Shown here one piece after another: positions 13,601-25,835 of a DNA stretch of 49,674 nt; the first letter of the stretch is position 1, and each line of letters begins with the position of its first letter. Both the position numbers and the translations under genes were made by a program. The stretch lies in contig NC_068985.1 of the NCBI RefSeq assembly GCF_001194135.2, forward strand, positions 117,941,146-117,990,819. The letters run 5' to 3'. A model generated the notes under the pieces. It was not told where the DNA came from. It did no database searches and was given only the letters and a program-made list of their open reading frames with translations. The DNA comes from Octopus bimaculoides. Its lineage: Eukaryota.

Positions 13601-14680
13601 TATATGTGTGTGTATATGTTTGTGTGTCTGTGTTTGTCCCCCCACCCCCACCCAGCATCACTTGACAACCAATGCTGGTGTGTTTACATCCCCGTAACTT
13701 AGCGGTTCGGCAAAAGAGACCGATAGAATAAGTATTAAGCTTACAAGGAATAAGCTCTGGGGGGGTCGATTTGCTCGACTATAAAGGTGGTGCTCCAGCA
13801 TGGCCGTAGTCAAATGACTGAAACAAGTAAAAGGGTAAAAGAGTAGAATATTTTTCCTTCGTAACAATAACAACAATCCCAACAACAACCACAACATGAA
13901 CAATTTGTCTGAAGATTGTGAAACTAAATTCCAAACTTACCTGGACGTTGTGTAAAAACTGGTTCGTTAATTTCAGGTGGTCTTTGTATGGGAAAAGATG
14001 ATACATTGGTGTCATCATAAAGTGAGCCCAGTTTAATCATGTCATTGTTTTCTGTGTCTGTGTAGTCATTTAGGTTAGCTCCCTAAATATAATGTAACAG
14101 GGGAAACAAATATACATGGGGAACAACGATAACAACAACAACAGCTGCTACTGCAGGAACAATATCAACAACATCACCATCAACATCGCCATCAGCATCA
14201 ACGATAGCAACTATGACAGTATCACCATTATCATCATCATCATCATCATCATCATCACTTTCATCAATAATATCATCATCATCATCACAATCCTCAGACA
14301 TCACTGTCATCATCTTTATCATCATCACTGTCATCAGCAGCATCAACATCACTATCATCATCATCAACATCACAACCATCACACATCACAACCATCATCA
14401 TCATCATCATCATCACCATCATCATCACTATCATCATCAACACAATTGTCAACATCACCATTATCGTCATCATCATTGTCATCATCCTCATGAGTACCAT
14501 CACCATCATCAACATCACCATCAACATCGCTATCACCATCATCATCACCATCATCATCACTATCATCAACAACACAATTGTCAACATCACCATTATCGTC
14601 ACCATCATCATCATCGTCATCATCCTCATGAGTACCATCACCATCATCAACATCACCATCAACATCGCTATTGCTATCAC

Positions 14681-14712
<32 letters not shown>

Positions 14713-15581
14713 ACTGCAACAACATCTAACAACACCGATCACCAAAACTATGACAACAACGAGTAAACAAAACGAACAGGAAGATTCATGCAGCCAACAT
14801 GTTGGCCCCATGTCTACTCCACTAACTTACAGTAATAAACATATTCTGAATATTTGGTAGAAGAGTGTCACTGTTGGCATATAACTGTGCCCACTGTTCA
14901 ATGTTTGGTGCTATCATACTGTGTAGCTGGAAGAAAAAAAAGTAACAAGAGTAGTAGCCATGTGGTTGTAGGGAGTGTAGGAGTTATAAGTAAGTTAGAT
15001 AAAGTTACCTTTTTGAGTCATACTGACTCGTGAGGGCTGTTTTCTGAGTTTCATGGTGTGTACATTCTCCACCTGGATAGGACGCCAGTCTGTCACAGGG
15101 TTACTCATTTTTGCCAGCTGAGCAGAATGGAGCAATGTGAAAGGAAGTGTTTTGCTCAAGAACACAACCCATTGCCCAGACCAGGAATTGAAACCACAAT
15201 CTTACAATCATGAGTCCAGCACTGTAATCACTAAGCCACACGCCTCTACAAAAGGTAAAATTTCCTTCTCGAATCATACTGACTCATAAGGGTTGGTTTC
15301 CCAGTTTCATGGCATTTTTATATACTCCACCTGGATGGGACGCCAGTCTGTCACAGGGTTACTCATTTTTGCCAGCTGAGCAGAATGGAGCAATGTGAAA
15401 GGAAGTGTTTTGCTCAAGAACACAATGTGTCGCCCGGTCCAGGAATTGAAAGCACAATCTTACGATCTTGAGTCCAACACCCTAACCACTAAGCCATGTA
15501 TCTCCACTAAAGATTTATCAGGGGAATATACAGTTGTACTGTATCTAACAGGAGCAGGGTACAACAAAATGGATTGATTGA

Positions 15582-15617
<36 letters not shown>

Positions 15618-18600
15618 AAGAGAGGGAGAGAGAGTGAGGGGGGGAGTGAATTAATTTAGATGGCTGGATGGATAGACTGGTACTTAGTCAGTGTGAGACA
15701 GATAGGGAGAGGGCTGGATGAGTGGATAGATGGTTAGACAGACTGATGCTTAATTAGATAAAGAAGCAGACAGAAAAACATGGAGAGACACAGTCAAACA
15801 CACAGAGACAGACAAACTGACAGAGACAGACATATTGACAGACAGGTGTTTAGATATTCAGAGGGACTGATAGATAGTTAAACAAACTAATGGCAAATAA
15901 GACAGACAGACAGATAGATAAAGACTCCAACAAATGTCTAGCTACATGGTTTGATGGTTAAACATCAGGGTAGTTATGGGTGAAAAAGGAGAAGACCGTC
16001 CGTTGGTTGAGCCAAACATGTTTCAAAGGAAGACTGGCCTTTAGACATAACACACAGGCCTGGCAATGTATGGCTGTGCATTGATTTCACATAAACCAGT
16101 CACCCTAACTAAGAGTTGGCCCTCTAGCATTCAGATTCCTCTGTCAAATGTAATGCATTTATCCTAACCTCACCATCTTTGTTGAAGTAGATAGCTCCAG
16201 AGGTATGTGCGGTCCCAGATAAACAGGGCCTGCCTCACAGCTACAGAGGCTGCCAGAAATCTAATCCATGAGAAACAGCCTTAGTCTTTGAGTGGACAGA
16301 TCACTCTGTCAAATGTAATGCCTATTTATTCACAATGCTTTGAATTAATCATGCATTGTCTTGTACCTTTAAGATTTCAATGAAGTGATTGCTTATTTTT
16401 AGAATGACATTGGTAGGATAGGTGTAAGAGGCCTGATCTGGTCAGTTTAAACAAAAAACAGGTACAATATTTGGTCTAGATATGGCCAGTCTAATCCTTT
16501 AACATTCAGGATACTCTGCCAAATGAAATTCTTATTTATTTACATTGTTTGGAACTAGTCATGAATTATCTCATAACTACTCTTTTACTTGTTTCAGTCA
16601 TTTGACTGTGGCCATGCTGGAGCTCCGCCTTTAGTTGAACAAATTGACCCCAGGATTTATTCTTTGTAAGCCTAGTACATATTCTACCGGTCTCTTTTGA
16701 CGAACTGCTAAGTTACAGGGACGTAAACACACCAGTATTGGTTGTCAAGCGATGTTGGGAGCACAAACATAGACACACAAACATATACACATACACATAT
16801 TTATATATATATATACATATATACGACGGGCTTCTTTCAGTTTCCGTCTACCAACTCCACTCACAAGGCTTTGGTCAGCCCGAGGCTATAGTAGAAGACA
16901 CTTGCCCAAGGTGCCACACAGCGGGACTGAACCCAGAACCATGTGGTTCATAAGCAAGCTACTTACCACACAGCCACTCCTACATGTGATTGCTTATTTT
17001 TAGAATGACATTGTAGAGTAGGTGTGAGAGGCTGGATCTGGCCAGTTTGAACATAAAACAGGTAGAATATTTGAACTGAATATGGTTGGTTTAATCCATT
17101 GGCATTTAAACTGTCTGTATCTAGCCCAAATATTCTTCTTGCTTTACATCATCGTTTAACGTCCGCTTTCCATGCTAGCATGGGTTGGACAATTTGACTG
17201 AAGACTGTTGAGCCAGATGGCTACACCAGGCTCCAATCTGATTAGGCAGAGTTTCTACAGCTTGGATGCCCTTCCTATTGCCAACCACTCCGAGAGTGTA
17301 GTGGGTGCTTTTACATGCCACCCGGCACGAAGGCCAGTCAGGAGGTACTGACAATGGCCATGCTTGAAATGGTGTATTTTAAGTGCCACCTGCACAGGAG
17401 CCAGTCCAGCGGTACTGGCAACGATCTCGCTTGTCTTTTCACGTGCCAGGAAGGCGACGTTGGTAACGATCACGCTCAAATGGTGCTATTTACGCGCCAC
17501 CAGCACAGAAGCCAGACAGCATTTTAAAAATAAACAGTCACTTCATCAAAATCTCAAAGCTTCAAGATAATAATGCCTGATTTTAATTCAAAATAATGTA
17601 AACAAATAAGCATTATATTTGATAAAGTAATCTGAATGCTAGAGGGTGAAATGCCAAAAGGTTAAAGACAATAAATCATAGAGGTGTGATAGAAGACCAG
17701 AAACAAGGTTTTAGGAATCGCGTGAGTGTCAACTGGGAGGAGTTAAGATGAAGTGTAGCCAATAAGGGGTTCGGTGAGGGATCAAAGGTTACATTTTGGT
17801 TGTTTACCTTGGCATAGTGGTTATGGTCCAGGATTAACATATTGCACACACACTCCAACAGAAAACTGTGTGAGTTCCATTCTTCTGTCATAGCCTAAAG
17901 AAACAAATGAACAAGATAATATTAGTAGCAAATTTTGGTACAAGGACAGTAAAATCAGGGGTGGGGGGTGAATCGATTACATTGACCCCAATGCTCAACT
18001 GGTACTTATTTGTTGACCCCAAAAGGATAAAAGGCAAAGTCAACCTCAGCAGAATTTGAACTCAGAATGTAAAGGCGGACGAAATGCTTACTGAGCATTT
18101 GGCCCAGTGTACTTACAATTTTGCCAGCTCACCACCTCAATGAACAAGATAATATTGATTTCAATATTATTGATACGAAGCTAGCAAGATCAGGGTAGGG
18201 GTGAATTGATTACATTGACCCCAGTTCTCAACTGGTACTTATTTTATCAACTCCAAAAGGATGAACATAAACTCAGAACATAAAGGCAGATGAAATACTG
18301 CTAAGCATTTTGCCTAGTCTGCTTATCATTCTGCTAGTTCATGGCTTTAATGGACGAGAAAATATTAACAATTGTTCCAGGTAACAAATTAATTCTTTTA
18401 TAGCAAAATATATTTCATGGTTGTTTCAGTAATGACATTAACCCATTACCTCCCATAATTCTATTTACTGGAATTTTTTTCATGAAACTTTGATTTCAAG
18501 CATAAAACAGCCTTAGAAATGCGCTGGAATGATTAAAATAACATTTCAAAATAACATTTTAAATAGAAATAAGCGAGATATTGGGTGAAAAATTAGCAAA

Positions 18601-19067
18601 CCTCATTTGAATATCAGAGAAATATACCTAGTAGATATAGCAAAAGGGTTAGATATGTGTAAATATTGACAGATAATTACGAAATTTGTAATTTTTAAGT
18701 GATCTCATATGAGATAACTGGTAGGTTAAATATCTACCAAAAAATAGAATTGGTATTTTGTGCAAGTCACATTGCTTCGATAAACTCGACATATTCTCAA
18801 CAGAAAATAGTTTCAAAGATGACATTCATCAGCCAACAAAAAAAAAAATAGATTGGTATATAAAACTGCTTTCTGCAGTAAACAGTAATGAAATTTTGAG
18901 TGGATATACTTTCCGTAGTTAAAGGTTTAAACTGCATCCACTGGTATGGCTCCAGCTTGGGTGTTCATAAGTTTCATGGGAGTATGAAAGCACATCTAAG
19001 TCATCACTACATCCAATTCTGCTCTGGTCCAGGATGATAGTACCTTAGCTCTAGTAAGTAAAAGTCA

Positions 19068-19107
<40 letters not shown>

Positions 19108-22100
19108 CCGCAGCTACAGCAATCGAATGCTGTCGTTGCTGCTGCTTGCTCCTCACATTCCAGTGCGATCCAGCCGATTTCGTAACCCGCGGCCGCCCCC
19201 CCCCCCCTCGCCTTCATCGGCCCTCTAACAGTGCAGCTGCTGAAGCAGTGGCGGACGCCCGCACTCATGCCGCCCGATGACCAGTGCGCTAGGCCGAGAT
19301 GCTACACGCATTGTGGCTCCACGAACCATACCAGAAGATGGTCTTGTGACTAAAGTTTAAGGGCTTCAGAGGCAAGCTGGACCCATGACATGTGTCACAA
19401 AGTAATGTAGCTGTATTCTAATGATACATGAACCATGAACCAGTCCCACTTCCTAAGGGTTAAATGGGTCCTGTGCATCAGGAGTAAGCTTGGAAGAGCA
19501 GAGTGCAAGAAGGGTAAACTGTAAATAAAGTAGCAGAAAGAAATGGCAAATCACTGCTGTCGCTTTTCCAAGGAAATTCAACAACCTTCAGATTTTGACA
19601 TTGAAATTCCTAAATGTTCATGTCTGATGACAGAGAGAAATATATGAATGTGAGCTTAGTTGTTGATATGAAAATGAAAAAAACACACAGGATAGTCATG
19701 GTTGGAACCACTTTGATCATAGTAGGATCAATCAGAGAAAACCTGGGACTTGAAAACAACCCTATAACGAAAATAAAGTAACTTCTATACAGCTTAGAAA
19801 TAGTAGTTAAGTCCCCCTCAGATTATACCCTAATATCTTAAAAAAGAAAAGACATTATGGAGACAACTCATTTTATTTGATACTCTACCGAGTGTAATAT
19901 GTTAGAGGAAGTTTAAATCAACTCCAGTACTTGTCTGGTACTGTATTTTCTGACATACAAGTCAAATTTTTCAGACCAAAATTTACAAACAGCAATGTGA
20001 TTTTTGACATTGCTCTCCGTTAATGATATTCTTAATAACTGCTTTTATGGTACTATTCTTTACTCTAAGAATGTTAGTTAAATGACAATCACTCAGCTCA
20101 TTCCTTTCAGCAGTTTTGATGTTTTCCATACACGAAAAGAATTATACACAGAAGTATGTACTACACCACATGCAGAATAGTTTTCTAGCTAAATTGGCAA
20201 TTTGATCAAATTTATTGAAACGATGCAATTTCTTGTAACAGTCAAGAAGGGTATGTTCTCTATGATAAATTTTCAAAGATTCTCTACGTTGAAGCTCAAT
20301 GAATTCTAGCTGGTATTTGGTTGGTGCTTCAACAAAATTTTAGTTCAGTTTCTATCTTTCTGAAGTCAGAAAATCTGGTTGTAAAATCTTCTAGCAAAGC
20401 TTCACATAATTTAGTGTATTTTTCAAAGTTCACAGGAAATTCTTATTGTCTTTTAGATAAATTCTGAAAATGTACAATTTCTCCACCCTTCAATTATATT
20501 ATGAAAAGTTCTAATTTCTTAGTAAAACTCGTTATTTGCTCAAACATTGAACAACATAATTGGTCTTTTCCTTGTAAATGCAAATTAAGTTCAGCTAAAC
20601 ATTTCAGTGATATCTACTAAGGACAGATCATTCAACCATTTTTCATTTGCTAAAATATCTACATTTTGCTTTTTGTCTTGCATGAGCTGTTTTATTTCAG
20701 GCATCTATAATTGAAATCTATTCAAAGCTGCTGCTTGACTGAGTCATCTGACTTTTGAGAAATAAATAACGTCTTCATACTCACTACCAGCTTCTACCAA
20801 GTATACTTTGAATGAACGATGGTTCAAGCCCTGAGATCTGATAAAATTAACAACATTCATAATATCTGTCATCAACTGTTTCTTATTTAATTTTTGAGCA
20901 CATAATTGCTGTTGATGAATCAAGCAATGATAGCTAAGTATATTATGATCGACAATTTCTTTGAATAAAGTAATAAACCCATTATCTTTACCAGTTAATG
21001 CAGGAGCACAATCAGTTATAATCAAATTAATTTTATTTCTATCAGCATTGAACTTTTCTAATGATAAATCAACATGCTCAGTCATGTTCCTGCCAGTTTT
21101 TGTACCCTTCATATGACACATGCCCAACATTCCTTCAATAATATTAAAACTGACATCAATTCCTCTGATAAAAATAACCAGTTGTGCAGTGTCACTTTGA
21201 TCAGTACTTTCGTCCAATGCTAAACTGTAATGAATACTTTTAGATAATTGGGCCTGCAATGTACCCACAATGTGGAGGCGCAATGGCCCAGTGGTTAGGG
21301 CAGCGGACTCACAGTCGGAGGATCACGGTTTCGATTCCCAGACCGGGCGTTTTGAGTGTTTATTGAGCGAAAACACCTAAAGCTTCATGAGGCTCCGGCA
21401 GGGGGTGGTGGCGATCCCTGTTGTACTCTTTCACCACAACTTTCTCTCATTCTTACTTCCTGTTTCTTGAGTAACGCTGCGATGGACTGGCGTCCCGTCC
21501 AGCTGGGGGGAACACATACGCCATAGAAACTGGGAAACCGGGCCCATGAGCCTGGCTAGGCTTTGAAAGGGAGAGAAAAAAAATATGTACCCAAAATACT
21601 GTTGGCTAAGTCATCAATTACTCTACCAATTGTCTGATGTGACAAATTTGTTTCATTGAATAAGTTCACCTTCTTGGGACAATATTCATTAAAAGCAATT
21701 GCAATACATTCTTTTATTAATTCACCATTCTATCAGTGGCTTACCCTTCTGAGCCAATTTTTCAGCTATTAAGTAACTAACTTTTGTACATGTACCAGTT
21801 TTCCCAACATGTTTTTTGAAATTGTTCTGTTGTGAACTAAGCTTCTTCAATTCATCTATCTTATTTTCATTTCCCTTCTTTCTCTGTTTAATTCATTATA
21901 TTGTGACTCATTTTTGGCAGCATAGTGACACTTAATATTATATTACTTGCATACTGCAATTTTATCATCACATAAGAGGCAGATAATATTATTGCATGCT
22001 TCAGTTACGAAATATTTCTCTCTCCATAAGATATTGAATTTTCTCTTTTCTTTTGTTATCTTTCTCTTCTTAGTATCAGATACCATGAGCAAATAGCGGA

Positions 22101-23062
22101 CTATTAAAATTAACAATTAAAATTACGTAATCATGCTGATATCAATATTCCAGAAATCAGTAACAAATAAAGGGTCTTCTGCATAAAGCATTAGGCTTAG
22201 CCTAGACTATAAACATTGAAGCACCAATGAAGCCACTATCTCCCGACATTGTAAACAAGGTTAGGAAATAATAAAATCACTATTGAGATCCAACCACAAA
22301 AGATTTGAAACTGAAACAATGGCTGTTTATTATGCATCAACACAATGGCTGACTCTACAATGTAGAGTCAACTATTCTACATCATAAAGCCCATGGCCTC
22401 CCTCATTTTACCGCCCTCTATTGAGGCTTTCATTAATCTATTCGAAATAGCACACTCCGAGAATAATTTTCTCATTATACATTATCAAAGTAAATGAAAA
22501 TATAACTAGAAGAAAATAATACAGAATTTGAATTGCCAGCAAGCTGCATGAAAGCATTAAGTGGGCTGCAATGCGACCCACAGGCCGCAGGTTGGACAGC
22601 CTTGTGCTATACGATAGGTTTTCAAGTTTCCTATTATTGACTAAGGGAGATTGTTCCCAGTTTATTTACATTTAATTGTAATTGTATATATCCGTGAAAT
22701 AAAAAGAGAATCAACTGAAACTATTGTTGAAATTAATCTTTTCTACACTTCTCCACAAAAATTTATTTGACTATTCTTGTCATTCTACCAACAGCAATTA
22801 GCAAAGAAATTAGTTTAAATGAAAGACACATACACATCACACACAACATATTTTATTCTTTTACTTGTTTCAGTCATTTCAGTCATTTGACTGGGGCCAT
22901 GCTGGGGCACTGCCTTTAGTCGAGCAAATCAACCCCAGGATTTATTCTTTGTAAGCCTAGTACTTATTTTATCAGACTCTTTTGCTGAACCACTATGTTA
23001 CAAGGACGTAAACAGCATCGGTTGTCAAGCGATATTGGGGGGACAAATACAGACACACAAAC

Positions 23063-23108
<46 letters not shown>

Positions 23109-23395
23109 ACATATATATATATATAAGATGGGCTTCTTTCAGTTTCTGTCTATCAAATCCACTCACAAGGCTTTGGTCAGCCCGAGACTATAGTAGAAGA
23201 CACTTGTCCATGGTTCCACGCAGTGGGGCTGAACCCAGAACCATGTGGTTGGTAAGCAAGCTACTTACCATACAGCCACTCCTGCACCTATTTAGACAAC
23301 TTAATTATATCATATCCGATGGCTACATCCTCAAACCACTGAATATATACAAAGACAATGAAAGTCAAACTACAACAGAAACTTGAAGACAAGCA

Positions 23396-23426
<31 letters not shown>

Positions 23427-25802
23427 TAACAGTAGTAAAATATGTCAAGGATATATTTTTACATGGTACAATCATTATGAATAACTGAATGGATGAATGA
23501 ATCACCGAAGACACACTTACCTTTTGTAAACCAGATATTCTGTGGTCATGAAGTTTCATCTGGGCTTTGCTGATTGTTTGAGCATACTGCAAAATGAAGA
23601 GACGGAAATACAGAGAAATGGTGGGGTGAGTAAAGGATAGTAATAGGAGTTGTGATGGTATTGGTCGTGGTGGTGGTGGTGCTGCTGGTGGTGGTGGTGT
23701 AGTCATCACCACCACCACCAACACAACCTCTCACAAACACACACACACTCACACCATCATCACTGTCTCTCTCACACACACTCACACACACACTCACACA
23801 CACACTACACCATCATCATACACACACATTGCCATCACCACACACTACCTTTGCCATTATCCCTTTCCCTCTCTCTCACACACACACACACCCACAATCA
23901 CTATTTAACACATACACACACTCACAACCATTATACATACATACACACACTCCTATCATCACTACATTATACACATACATACACATATTACTAATGTATA
24001 AACATCATCAACATCNNNNNNNNNNNNNNNNNNNNNNNNNNNNNNNNNNNNNNNNNNNNNNNNNNNNNNNNNNNNNNNNNNNNNNNNNNNNNNNNNNNNN
24101 NNNNNNNNNNNNNNNNNNNNNNNNNNNNNNNNNNNNNNNNNNNNNNNNNNNNNNNNNNNNNNNNNNNNNNNNNNNNNNNNNNNNNNNNNNNNNNNNNNNN
24201 NNNNNNNNNNNNNNNNNNNNNNNNNNNNNNNNNNNNNNNNNNNNNNNNNNNNNNNNNNNNNNNNNNNNNNNNNNNNNNNNNNNNNNNNNNNNNNNCCACC
24301 ACTGCCGCTGCCACCACCACCACCACATACATTATGAATATTTTTCATTTTATCTAGTTTCAGCTCATGAGCTGTGGCCATGCTGGGGCACCACCATTGG
24401 AAGATATGTGAAGATTTAAACACAAAGACGTGAAAAAGAAACAGGAAAACAAGCAGAAAGACTTACCTCAGCTTCTTTATCACTAAATTTTGAGCGAGAC
24501 TTCTTCTTCTGCATCTTAGTGAGTGTGTTTTGAGCCTTCTCGAAGGGAACTACTATGGCCTTGTGTTCTTGGTTGTATTTCTTCAATGAAGACTGGAATA
24601 AAATAGTAAGCAAGTCGCTAAATTGTACAGCACTCAGTGTGTATGTATACACGTGTACATATGTGCTTGTGTGTACATGTGTATGAGTGTCTGCATGTTT
24701 ACAGGGATTGTGGCTCTCTAAACTATTCTACTGCTTTACAGATGAGCCCAAGAAGACAAAAACAAGGGGAGAAAATGTTGAAAGAGAAACAAGCTGTAAC
24801 AGTTAGCTTTAACCTTATAGTATTTAAATCAAACACATCCTGCCTAAATATTGGTTTCATATTTTGGCAGAGGGCCACCAATTTCAGGGGAGAGGAAAAG
24901 TCGATTACATCGACTCCCCAGTACTCAACTGGTACTTATTTTATCAACCTTGAGAGGATGAAGTGCAAAGTCAACCTCAGCAGAATTTGAACTCAGAACA
25001 TCAAGATGGACAAAATGCCGATTAGCGTTTTGCCCAGCCTGCTAACGATTCTACCACCTCGCCACCTTATCCAGTCTAAAAATTCCACCTGTTTTATGTT
25101 CAGACTAACCAGATCTAACGTCTCACACATGGCGTAGTGCCATTATAGAAATAAACAATTACATCATTGAAATTTTGAAGCTACAAGATACTCTCTCTTT
25201 ACTCTTTACTCTTTTACTTGTTTCAGTCATTTGACTGCGGCCATGCTGGAGCACCGCCTTTAGTCGAGCGAATCGACCCCAGGACTTATTCTTTAGAAGC
25301 CTAGTACTTATTCTAACGGTCTCCTTTGCTGAACTGCTAAGTTACGGGGACGTAAACACACCAGCATCGGTTGTCAAGCGATGTTGGGGGGACAAACACA
25401 GACACACAAACACATATATATACATATATATATATGTGACGGGCTTCTTTCAGTTTCCATCTACCAAATCTACTCGTAAGGCTTTGGTTGGCCTGAGGCT
25501 ACAGCAGAAGACACTTGCCCAAGGTGCCACGCAGTGGGACTGAACCCGGAACCATGTGGTTGGTAAGCAAGCTAATTTGGCAGAGTAATCTGAATGCTAA
25601 AGGGTTTAAACCAGTCATATCCAGCCTAAATATTCTGTCTGTTTTATGTTCAATGTTACAAGATCCAGCATCTCACACCTACCCTACAATGTCATTCTAA
25701 AAATAAACAATCACATCATCGAAATCTTGAAGCTATGTGATAATGATGGGTTAACTCAAAACATTTGACAGAGTAATCTAAATGTTAAAGGATTAGCCTG
25801 AC

Positions 25803-25835
<33 letters not shown>

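Noticed and set aside
14083-14860. Poly-His, poly-Asp and poly-Met/Ile ORFs
   Set aside because: Translations of the (CAT)n tract inside a defined intron; the reverse-strand ORF at 31237-32046 is likewise the GA tract.
19056-19107. Functional rRNA gene
   Set aside because: Only the last 52 nt of 18S are present, with no 5.8S or 28S nearby; reported as an inserted fragment instead.
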